Positions 37,903-45,534 of a stretch of DNA of 64,000 nucleotides are shown piece by piece; position 1 is the stretch's first letter; each line of letters starts with the position of its first letter. The notes below the pieces were generated by a model, which did not search any database, was not told where the DNA came from, and was given only the letters and a program-made list of their open reading frames with translations. The position numbers and the translations under genes were made by a program. The stretch comes from a virus. The stretch lies in the IMG/VR virus record IMGVR_UViG_3300045988_092366; one strand, 5' to 3'.

Positions 37903-38358
37903 TTAGGCTGTTCTTTTATATACTGCTAAAGAATAATGATATGGAATATGCTCTTGTTGTTCGGTAACAAAATGTCCGTTATCATTAAGTTTCCAAGTAC
38001 CTTTAGTCCACAAATTCCAACCAGTATCGCCACCATCTTTAGTACCGACTGACAATAATTGCCATAAACTACCAGCAGCAGCATTAGTATTCCAAAAACC
38101 AATACCTGAATATTGTTGCAGTTTACCATTCCAACCAACAACATTGTGCTGATGGTCTGGTATGGCTAGCGAAGAAATCATATTGCTACCAGAAAAACGT
38201 CCAGCTACGTTATAGGTATCACCACTTGCCGCAAGCAAACAATTTTCTATTTTAGTCCAAGTTCCGCCAATACTACTCGCAGGAGAAGTACTAGAAGTAC
38301 TAAAGTATATACTACCTACTGGATAAATAATATCAAGAAGATTTACAAAATTAGACAT
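37903..38358 (-). CDS. phage tail-collar-domain protein paralogue 2
   Basis: MSNFVNLLDIIYPVGSIY...IPDHQHN...; C-terminus ...AVYKRTA. Confidence 0.5.
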   Translation of the reverse strand: MSNFVNLLDIIYPVGSIYFSTSSTSPASSIGGTWTKIENCLLAASGDTYNVAGRFSGSNMISSLAIPDHQHNVVGWNGKLQQYSGIGFWNTNAAAGSLWQLLSVGTKDGGDTGWNLWTKGTWKLNDNGHFVTEQQEHIPYHYSLAVYKRTA

Positions 38359-38452
38359 GGTAAATCACCATGCTTAGAACAGCCATTGAAGAAGAAGCTA
38401 CATTATTGTAGCCCCCCCCCCAACGACCGTGATTAGTCATTAAGTTTTTCAT
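38351..38452 (-). CDS. upstream mini-ORF d containing a G10 tract (33 aa; MKNLMTNHGRWGGGYNN...)
   Basis: SD GAAAGGA. Stop TAA overlaps codons 2-3 of collar paralogue 2 (ATGTCTAA). Confidence 0.3.
   Translation of the reverse strand: MKNLMTNHGRWGGGYNNVASSSMAVLSMVIYHV
38412..38421. repeat. homopolymeric tract C10 (+) / G10 (-)
   Basis: Preceded on + by the hairpin CTACA-TTAT-TGTAG. Confidence 0.9.
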
Positions 38453-38487
38453 AATATCCTTTCATTTAGGATATTAGATTTTAGATT

Positions 38488-38868
38488 TTAAGCAGTTCGT
38501 ACCCAGACTCTACAAGCATATGAATAAGGATAATAATCAAGTCCTCTTCCCTCGGTACTAGTATATTTGGTAACGAATATGCTACTGTCGTCAAGTCCAC
38601 CGCCACCCCATTGGTACGGCCAATCATTATTAACGCCATTACCAGCATGTTTATTTGTGGCAGAATGTTTATGTGCTGGCATTTGGTCAACTGTAATATG
38701 TTTGCTGCCCGTATAACCAGAAGTACTAGTATATGCGGCCAAGCAAGCGCCATCTTTAATCTGTGTCCAAGTGCCACCGATAGACGTTGCAGGTGAAACA
38801 GTGCTAGTAGTAATATACATACTATTTATAGGATAAATAATATCTAAAAGATTTACAAAATTGCTCAT
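38488..38868 (-). CDS. phage tail-collar-domain protein paralogue 1
   Basis: MSNFVNLLDIIYPINSMY...MPAHKHS...CRVWVRTA; strong SD AAGGAGGT. Confidence 0.5.
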   Translation of the reverse strand: MSNFVNLLDIIYPINSMYITTSTVSPATSIGGTWTQIKDGACLAAYTSTSGYTGSKHITVDQMPAHKHSATNKHAGNGVNNDWPYQWGGGGLDDSSIFVTKYTSTEGRGLDYYPYSYACRVWVRTA

Positions 38869-38934
38869 TATTCAACCTCCTTATTTGGGAGGTCATCTAA
38901 AATCATAATATCAAATTGATTTATAGATTTTAAG

Positions 38935-38985
38935 CTACCGCAGTAGCCCCCCCCCTAGAGAGGTCAATTCATTAAATTTATTCAC
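38935..38985 (-). CDS. upstream mini-ORF e containing a G9 tract (GTG start; VNKFNELTSLGGGLLR*)
   Basis: SD AAAGGAG. G tract followed by the hairpin GCTAC-TGCG-GTAGC. A G8 variant would terminate at the TAATG overlapping the collar-1 start. Confidence 0.25.
   Translation of the reverse strand: MNKFNELTSLGGGLLR
38947..38955. repeat. homopolymeric tract C9 (+) / G9 (-)
   Basis: The adjacent hairpin GCTACCGCAGTAGC is duplicated at 39654-39667. Confidence 0.9.
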
Positions 38986-39030
38986 ATAAAACTCCTTTTC
39001 TTTCTTAGAATTATATTCTATATCTATATG

Positions 39031-39064
39031 AAAAAAGGGCAAAACCCGTAACAGGATTTTGCCC
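39031..39064 (-). terminator. rho-independent terminator inside the fibre array
   Basis: - strand: GGGCAAAATCC-TGTTAC-GGGTTTTGCCC followed by TTTTTT. Lies downstream of fibre D. Confidence 0.7.
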
Positions 39065-39073
39065 AAAGTTATA

Positions 39074-39625
39074 TTAGATTTTAATCCACAATTTACATCT
39101 TGAATCCGTTGGTTGCGCAGATTGTACCATAACGCAATATTCATTATCAGCACTGCCAGCTTTTGTCGCATAGCTCGCCGAGCTTGCACTGCCAGCACTG
39201 GCCGCATATTTCACACTCTTGGATGAATCAGCCGTATTATCGACATTGCCCAATCCAACAGAAGATTTAGAAGGAGGATAAGCGTTTGTATAAAATTCCT
39301 CTACAGAGATAACAGAACCATTCGAGTAAGTCACTCTATAAGCCTTGCCCGGGCCAGTCATAGGAAATAACAATAAATTACCATATTTATAATTATCTTC
39401 ACCAACACCAGTCCTATGCGGCACATATAAATAATTATACCAAGAGCCACCAGTAAAGCTCAATCTTTTCTCTTTTGACTGATTGAACATACATGACCCT
39501 AGCGATGGAGGTCTATTCACTAATTTTACAATTAAATCATCTATTGTGTCCGCATTATTTTCTTGCGCTGTCATAGCTGGGATTACAGTAAAATTCTTCC
39601 CATTTGAAAAATAAAATTCGCTCAC
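39074..39625 (-). CDS. tail fibre paralogue D (C-terminus ...PTDSRCKLWIKI)
   Basis: MSEFYFSNGKNF... GTG start with no properly spaced SD. Confidence 0.5.
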   Translation of the reverse strand: MSEFYFSNGKNFTVIPAMTAQENNADTIDDLIVKLVNRPPSLGSCMFNQSKEKRLSFTGGSWYNYLYVPHRTGVGEDNYKYGNLLLFPMTGPGKAYRVTYSNGSVISVEEFYTNAYPPSKSSVGLGNVDNTADSSKSVKYAASAGSASSASYATKAGSADNEYCVMVQSAQPTDSRCKLWIKI

Positions 39626-39655
39626 TCCATATCATATAGAATGGTATCTATAGAG

Positions 39656-39700
39656 CTACCGCAGTAGCCCCCCCCCATCCCATAAAAGATTAATAAACAT
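39656..39700 (-). CDS. upstream mini-ORF f containing a G9 tract (MFINLLWDGGGLLR*)
   Basis: SD AAAGGAG overlaps the stop of fibre E. A G8 variant would end at a TGA overlapping the GTG start of fibre D (GTGA). Confidence 0.3.
   Translation of the reverse strand: MFINLLWDGGGLLR
39668..39676. repeat. homopolymeric tract C9 (+) / G9 (-)
   Basis: Same GCTACCGCAGTAGC hairpin as at 38933-38946. Confidence 0.9.
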
Positions 39701-39710
39701 ATTTTCTCCT

Positions 39711-40226
39711 TTAAATCTTTATCCATAATTTACAAGTAGAAGATGTAGGCTGAGAAGATGATACGGTGACAATATCATTGGCCGCATACTGAGAATGCGT
39801 ATGCGATGCTTGTGCAAACATATTTTTATTGATTGTTTTTAATGTATTACCATCATACGCAGCTATCCAAGTGAAGCCAGAATAGGGCAAGTCCTTAGCG
39901 CTATAAGAAACTTTTAAATCACGCCCATCGCCAGAGTCTTTGATTAAACCAGCTTCATTAGCATATTTTACTAATTTATCCGCATCGGCTGTGTTATCAA
40001 CAGCATTAAGACCTAACCACTTTTTATATTCTGTCTTAGATACGTCTTTAATTTTCTTATCATTGCTTAGTCCAAGAGCATAAGTAAAATCTGCGGCAGT
40101 AAAACTAGACCCAGACCATCCTAGCTTGATTACATTATTCGGATTATTGTAATCTCGCACGCCGTCAGCTTTAGAAGGGACAAATTCAGAAAAATTCGTC
40201 CCATCGCTTACCATAAAATCAGCCAC
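39711..40226 (-). CDS. tail fibre paralogue E (C-terminus ...PTSSTCKLWIKI)
   Basis: MADFMVSDGTNF...; GTG start, poor SD. Confidence 0.5.
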   Translation of the reverse strand: MADFMVSDGTNFSEFVPSKADGVRDYNNPNNVIKLGWSGSSFTAADFTYALGLSNDKKIKDVSKTEYKKWLGLNAVDNTADADKLVKYANEAGLIKDSGDGRDLKVSYSAKDLPYSGFTWIAAYDGNTLKTINKNMFAQASHTHSQYAANDIVTVSSSQPTSSTCKLWIKI

Positions 40227-40240
40227 ACCTATCAGCTAAG

Positions 40241-40285
40241 CTATTTAGCGGGGCAGATGCCCCCCCCCAGAAATGTGTTATTCAT
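40241..40285 (-). CDS. upstream mini-ORF g containing a G9 tract (MNNTFLGGGICPAK*)
   Basis: SD AAGGA. A G8 variant would end at a TGA overlapping codons 2-3 of fibre E (GTGGCTGA). Confidence 0.3.
   Translation of the reverse strand: MNNTFLGGGICPAK
40260..40268. repeat. homopolymeric tract C9 (+) / G9 (-)
   Basis: Flanked by hairpins GGGGC-AGAT-GCCCC and GCTAA-GCTA-TTAGC. Confidence 0.9.
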
Positions 40286-40295
40286 ATCTACATCC

Positions 40296-41855
40296 TTAAA
40301 TTTGTACCCAAATTTTAACATGTTCTTCTGTTGGCTTACTCATACCAACATAGACAGTGCCAACATCATCCGCAAGTTTGCCATTGGTCACAGCTTTGCT
40401 TGCAATTTTGCCTGATGAAACAGCTCCATCAGCAATCTTAGCCGAAGTTACTTTGCCATTACCAATAGTCGTAGCCATTGTAATAGGGCTTGCCGTATTA
40501 AAACTTGTAGCAGATGTTGTAATATCTCCGCTCAGCGCAACAGTATTATTAAACTTGTTCGCAGATTGAGCATTCGTAGCGCTAGTAGCGTTACCTTCTA
40601 CATTGCCAGTAAGAGTACCAACAATCTTATTAGCATAAACATAATTCCACTTTGCACTAGAGGAACCAAGAGAATAAGAGTTTGTAGCGCTAGGAACGAT
40701 ATTCTGACCAGTTAGAGAACCTGTCAGCGTGCCGCCAGATAGCTTTAAATAACTCGCATTGTGATTGTGGTTAGCGGTTGCAGCGCCGATATTAGCACAA
40801 GTAAGATTGACATTGCCTGTACGATAATTGCTTTCCGCATTACCCTTAACGCCAGTGACCTCGCCAGCAATTTGCCACGTACCGTCTCCGCGAAGGAATT
40901 TATTCTGACTTCCAGCCGCAGGAGCAGGAACAAGGCCAGAGTGACCAGCTGCATTGGCAGTGGCAGCTTTCATGACTTCTGGTTTAGTTGTATCTATATC
41001 AAACGAAACATCAGCAGAACCATTGAAACTAAATGTCTGTTTACGCGAAGCTGATGCAGTCCCATATGTCACTCCAACACTTAAATTATGACCAACTTTA
41101 CCAGCAGTGGTCGCATTAGTAGCGTTATCGGCATTTGTCGCATGACTTGCGTTAAGCGCTGTACCAGCTTTGTACTCTTGGTATCCAGCATAAGAATTTA
41201 GCTTACTATCATCAACGACAATATACATAACGTTAGTGTCGTTTTGAATAACGCTATCGCCAGTCTGCACTTGCTTATTTGTTAACTGAAAGCGTGCAGC
41301 CTTATTTGCAACATGAACTAATCGTTCTAACGCACCTTGCGGAATAGTGCTTAGAGGTAACACTCCAGTGACACTTGCCGCATCAATTGATGGAATTGTA
41401 ATTGAAATATTCCCAGAACCATCAAAATTAGCGCTGCCCGTGCCACCGTTGTTGCCGCCTTTAACGCTGATTGAGCGTGCGGTCTTTAGCTTCGTAGCTG
41501 TATCGGCATTACCAGTGACATTACCAGTTAGGTTTCCAGTGAATCCGCCATTACCAGTAACCTTGCCAGCGAATGTAGTAGGAGACTTAACTGATTGCGC
41601 GTTAGCAGTTGTCTTGTCTAGCTTATTGTTCGCATTGTCATTAACGGCCTTAACTGCTTTTGGCGTAGCGGCAACAACACCTGTGGCCGCACTATCGGTC
41701 GCATTTGTCGCGTCTGAAAGCCAGACTTCACCACGCTTATTGTCGGTAGCATCTGGCGCAACGTAAATCGGCCTATATGTTTTAAGCGTAGGGTCATATA
41801 CCTTAGCAACAAAATTATTTTTCATCGTAGAATCATTTGGATTACCTTTAGCCAT
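40296..41855 (-). CDS. tail fibre paralogue F (519 aa) with T4 gp37/lambda Stf-type fibre repeat
   Basis: AATGVVAATPKAVKAVND (the AATPKAVK phage-fibre repeat); C-terminus ...EEHVKIWVQI; own SD GGAGGT. Confidence 0.55.
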   Translation of the reverse strand: MAKGNPNDSTMKNNFVAKVYDPTLKTYRPIYVAPDATDNKRGEVWLSDATNATDSAATGVVAATPKAVKAVNDNANNKLDKTTANAQSVKSPTTFAGKVTGNGGFTGNLTGNVTGNADTATKLKTARSISVKGGNNGGTGSANFDGSGNISITIPSIDAASVTGVLPLSTIPQGALERLVHVANKAARFQLTNKQVQTGDSVIQNDTNVMYIVVDDSKLNSYAGYQEYKAGTALNASHATNADNATNATTAGKVGHNLSVGVTYGTASASRKQTFSFNGSADVSFDIDTTKPEVMKAATANAAGHSGLVPAPAAGSQNKFLRGDGTWQIAGEVTGVKGNAESNYRTGNVNLTCANIGAATANHNHNASYLKLSGGTLTGSLTGQNIVPSATNSYSLGSSSAKWNYVYANKIVGTLTGNVEGNATSATNAQSANKFNNTVALSGDITTSATSFNTASPITMATTIGNGKVTSAKIADGAVSSGKIASKAVTNGKLADDVGTVYVGMSKPTEEHVKIWVQI

Positions 41856-41866
41856 TTACTACCTCC

Positions 41867-42220
41867 TTATTCTTCCTCGTCTTTATAGATAACGTCTACA
41901 ATTGTCTCTGGCGGCATACTCTTTTCAAAAGTGAATTTTAGCTTTGAGCCAAAATTACCGTCAAGCTCAAGTATACCTGTTTCATTTACCTTATATGAAA
42001 ATTCACTCTCACCTGTAGTGATTGTAACATCATAATCAGGAATTTGCGGAAAAAGGATAATATCCTCTTTCCCTTCATTTAAAGCACGATATTCAGAATA
42101 AGCAATCGGTTGACGCTTTGGAATCTGAATGCCAATATGTACATAAGAGTTGCCCGCGCCAGCCTTAAATGTATGGCTAGATTTTGTTGAGAACGGGCCT
42201 TTAATTTGTTCAAGTTTCAT
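41867..42220 (-). CDS. hypothetical tail/baseplate protein
   Basis: 117-aa ORF preceding the fibre array. Confidence 0.3.
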   Translation of the reverse strand: MKLEQIKGPFSTKSSHTFKAGAGNSYVHIGIQIPKRQPIAYSEYRALNEGKEDIILFPQIPDYDVTITTGESEFSYKVNETGILELDGNFGSKLKFTFEKSMPPETIVDVIYKDEEE

Positions 42221-42222
42221 AT

Positions 42223-44517
42223 CTACGCTCCAAACTTATAGGTACTAGACCAATAGGAAGGAATCGCGCTGTCTGAAACTGTCACAGAGTTCTGTAAGAA
42301 AGCAAGACCATCAGAAGTTAAAGTTTTAAGACTTTCGTAAGTAGCTGCACTTTCATCCATTAGTTTAACATCGCGCATACCAGTATCAGCAATCTTGCCA
42401 AGATAATACCACGTACTTAAATTATAATCAAACGCATAGAACTCTTTATCGCTCTTGGCTTCATTGTATGGCTGATACGTAATAATTTTGCCAAGATTAG
42501 ATTGACCACCAGGCTGGTTTTGCGCACCAGTAAGGCCAAAAGGAAATTCACGATTTAGATATTCAATAATATTGGCATCTGTAAAACCTGCTGCATTTAG
42601 CTGAGTCTTTGTGACATTAAAGCCAATTAAAATACCAGCTTGGTCTTTAATAGTGCCGAGGTCTTTCCAATAGACATTTGAGCCATAATTAGGAATAGAT
42701 GCGTCGTACTTCATCGCATCATTGTTTGAAATCCAACCATCGGTCGCATTTTTAACACGATGTGATGGGTCGCTGTAAAGAACGAATAGATGCCAGTCAG
42801 ATGGACGAACAACAAGACGTTCAATTGAGTTGATTGGGTCACTGATTTTTACAGGGTTTGGACTACTATTGTATTTAACATAAATGCTCTTATCATCACT
42901 AATACCAGTACCCATGTAGATAGATTTAACGGTTGTTATTTTATAATTCTCGCCACCGTTTTCAGTCTTTAAATTAATTGTCTCACCAGTATTAAAGATA
43001 AGAGTTGTTTCACCAATATCGTTAACACGCGCGGCCGTTAGAAGTTTCAGCTTGGCTGGACTAATTTTATCACCAGTAGTTGTATTGATTGTAATCTGAC
43101 CATTTGCTTGATTAATTGTAATATCTTTGACCCAAGTTAAGCGTTTATCAACAGACGCAGTACCATCATTGAAAGAGCATACAAAATGACCAGTATTTTC
43201 ATCTAACGTAACTGAACTAATCCAACGAATATGACCGACCTTATTCCTACCATCGTTTGACAGTTTGCCGCCATCTGTGCCCGCAAATGTTCCGATAACA
43301 TCGCCGTTATCTTGAATCTCAAGGCCTTTGACCCACGTAAGATTTGTTTCATATGCAGGAGAGTCATTGTTGAAATCCATCTTAAAATGTCCACCTGCGG
43401 CACCGTTTCCAGTAGACAGAGCAACGCCTGTCACCCATTTAATTTTCTTATAAAAGATGCTATCGTTGTTGTGAGTATAAGATACTGTTAGAGTACCTTT
43501 ATCATCAAGCGTAATATTCTTAATAATATTAAAATCACCGAGATAAATTAAAATTGGGTCTGGATTGATTCGCTTATCATAGATATATAGTTCATATACT
43601 ACGATTTGGCGATGTTTGGCAATATCATCTTCCATATTAGGATAGCCAGATTGACCAACAGTAGCAAGACCAGTAGTAGGATTGACTGTAATGTGCTCAG
43701 TAGAATATACTTTGTTGCGTAGTGCTTCTGTCATTTCAATAACTTTAAGGTTACGAAGCGTATCACCCTTTAAGCCTTTTGGAATACCCATGTCCCAGTA
43801 TTCCCAGAATGGATGGGTCTTATCATCAATACGTGCAATGGAAGCCATAGCATTTTCTTGTTTAATATTACCAGCTGTATCATACTGGGAAACTGCATGA
43901 GCTTTATAATCAATTACAGTATAAGGGAACTTCATTCCTACATAAAACCAAGAGTCCGCATCTTCATCATCCTTGCGGATATTGACCCATGTATATTCAA
44001 TATCGTCATTAAATGAATTGCCACTTTTACCCGGAACTAACGTGCGGTTTTTGATATTGAATTTAAAATCTTTTTTAAGCGTACCGCCACCATCATGCCA
44101 GTTGCCATTATCATCTTGTTTCCAGTTAGTGATAACAGTACCATCGGCATTTTGACCAACTGGATACCTACGATAAGTATTTTCTTCAAGTACCTTTGTT
44201 GACATATGTGTTACATTGTCAATAGTATCTACTTGAAAAAAAGGCGTGCCGCTAGACGGGCCAACGATTTGTCCTACGTAAATACTGCCAGCAGTCTGTG
44301 TATTCTGGTAATCTAGCCCGCGTCTAAAAACCTTTCCGTTATCTGGATGATTTTTATTCTTTGTAGAAATCAGACAGTATTCTCCATACCAGACTTCTGT
44401 GAAATTACTACCACGCGAAAACATCTGTCGCATTTCATTTACAGAAGTGAAAGAAGCCTTAATTACAAAGCTAGTTCCTTCATGTCCACCATAAAGTGAA
44501 TCCATTGGTCTATTCAC
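42223..44517 (-). CDS. large baseplate/tail structural protein
   Basis: 764 aa, beta-rich Gly/Thr/Asn composition, in the tail module. Confidence 0.35.
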   Translation of the reverse strand: MNRPMDSLYGGHEGTSFVIKASFTSVNEMRQMFSRGSNFTEVWYGEYCLISTKNKNHPDNGKVFRRGLDYQNTQTAGSIYVGQIVGPSSGTPFFQVDTIDNVTHMSTKVLEENTYRRYPVGQNADGTVITNWKQDDNGNWHDGGGTLKKDFKFNIKNRTLVPGKSGNSFNDDIEYTWVNIRKDDEDADSWFYVGMKFPYTVIDYKAHAVSQYDTAGNIKQENAMASIARIDDKTHPFWEYWDMGIPKGLKGDTLRNLKVIEMTEALRNKVYSTEHITVNPTTGLATVGQSGYPNMEDDIAKHRQIVVYELYIYDKRINPDPILIYLGDFNIIKNITLDDKGTLTVSYTHNNDSIFYKKIKWVTGVALSTGNGAAGGHFKMDFNNDSPAYETNLTWVKGLEIQDNGDVIGTFAGTDGGKLSNDGRNKVGHIRWISSVTLDENTGHFVCSFNDGTASVDKRLTWVKDITINQANGQITINTTTGDKISPAKLKLLTAARVNDIGETTLIFNTGETINLKTENGGENYKITTVKSIYMGTGISDDKSIYVKYNSSPNPVKISDPINSIERLVVRPSDWHLFVLYSDPSHRVKNATDGWISNNDAMKYDASIPNYGSNVYWKDLGTIKDQAGILIGFNVTKTQLNAAGFTDANIIEYLNREFPFGLTGAQNQPGGQSNLGKIITYQPYNEAKSDKEFYAFDYNLSTWYYLGKIADTGMRDVKLMDESAATYESLKTLTSDGLAFLQNSVTVSDSAIPSYWSSTYKFGA

Positions 44518-45508
44518 CGTCCTCTTCTACGTCTTTTTGTGTAAATTCATAGTCAATAGTAAATGAATCAGTATAATCACGAGCCACAATGCCAATAGAA
44601 GAAACAGGCACTTCTGATAGTTCATAGAATCCGCTCGGACCAATCCTAATCTCTTCACCATTAATAGCCATCATCAAACCAGAATGACCCCAAATACCAA
44701 TTCTATCAAGCGTAGCATTATTGTTCATACTTTCCACTAGATTACTTAATTGACATAGCTCACATTTAATTTTATCTAAATCTACAATGCGACCATAAGT
44801 CGTACCATTTGCTGTCGTATGTTGAATATTGTAGTCTTCTGCTTGTCTTGTCATTGACAGCACAACAGAAATGAATCCATCTTCTATTGGCCTGAAAATC
44901 ATTTCAAACAGACCATAACGTTCACCAACATCTGTTTTCCAAGATGCTGCCATAGCTACAATATTGCGTTTATCTGTCTGTGTATACGTATTGCCACCAG
45001 TGCCCAGATAATATTTTTTATTCTGTTCTCGATAATATAAAGCATCTTTAATAGTAGTTTTACCATATTCATATTTAAGCGGTATCATAGCATTAATGCT
45101 ACCATTACTTTTCTCATATAATGCAACGTTATAAACGTTACTCCCGTCTCCACCTGCGTTAACGTTAACGGTCTTAATATACTGATACGAGCCTTGGTCT
45201 GTATCTGAATTTTTTGTTAATTTAATAGTAAATTCCATAGCATAATTCATGTCTTGCGGAATTTGAACTTTTAAATAATAATCTTGACCTTTAACAAATT
45301 GCTTGTCGGGAATGATAGCAACGTCTTTGAAACCTGTATTTTGTTCATCTAATCCAGTAATATCAGCATTAGAGTCAACATAAGATTTTTTGAAAGATAG
45401 TTCAGTAAGACCTTCTCCCGCATACCTATATTGACCGATATTTGTGGTTGCCAATTTCCCTCCTTTTATTTCCAAAATATACCTAATATAAAATAAAAAA
45501 TAGGGCAA
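44510..45508 (-). CDS. baseplate structural protein
   Basis: 332 aa; overlaps the next gene by 8 nt. Confidence 0.3.
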   Translation of the reverse strand: MPYFLFYIRYILEIKGGKLATTNIGQYRYAGEGLTELSFKKSYVDSNADITGLDEQNTGFKDVAIIPDKQFVKGQDYYLKVQIPQDMNYAMEFTIKLTKNSDTDQGSYQYIKTVNVNAGGDGSNVYNVALYEKSNGSINAMIPLKYEYGKTTIKDALYYREQNKKYYLGTGGNTYTQTDKRNIVAMAASWKTDVGERYGLFEMIFRPIEDGFISVVLSMTRQAEDYNIQHTTANGTTYGRIVDLDKIKCELCQLSNLVESMNNNATLDRIGIWGHSGLMMAINGEEIRIGPSGFYELSEVPVSSIGIVARDYTDSFTIDYEFTQKDVEEDGE

Positions 45509-45534
45509 ACCAATTATACGGTTTTGCCCTATTT

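Noticed and set aside
26373-40268. G tracts as G-quadruplex elements
   Set aside because: Each site has a single uninterrupted run without three further G-blocks nearby. The coding-frame conservation (always read as GGG Gly codons inside a uORF) fits slippage control better.
25225-41855. Diversity-generating retroelement or invertase-driven shufflon acting on the fibre genes
   Set aside because: No reverse transcriptase, template repeat, serine/tyrosine recombinase or inverted crossover repeats are visible in the window. Variation signals are homopolymeric tracts instead.
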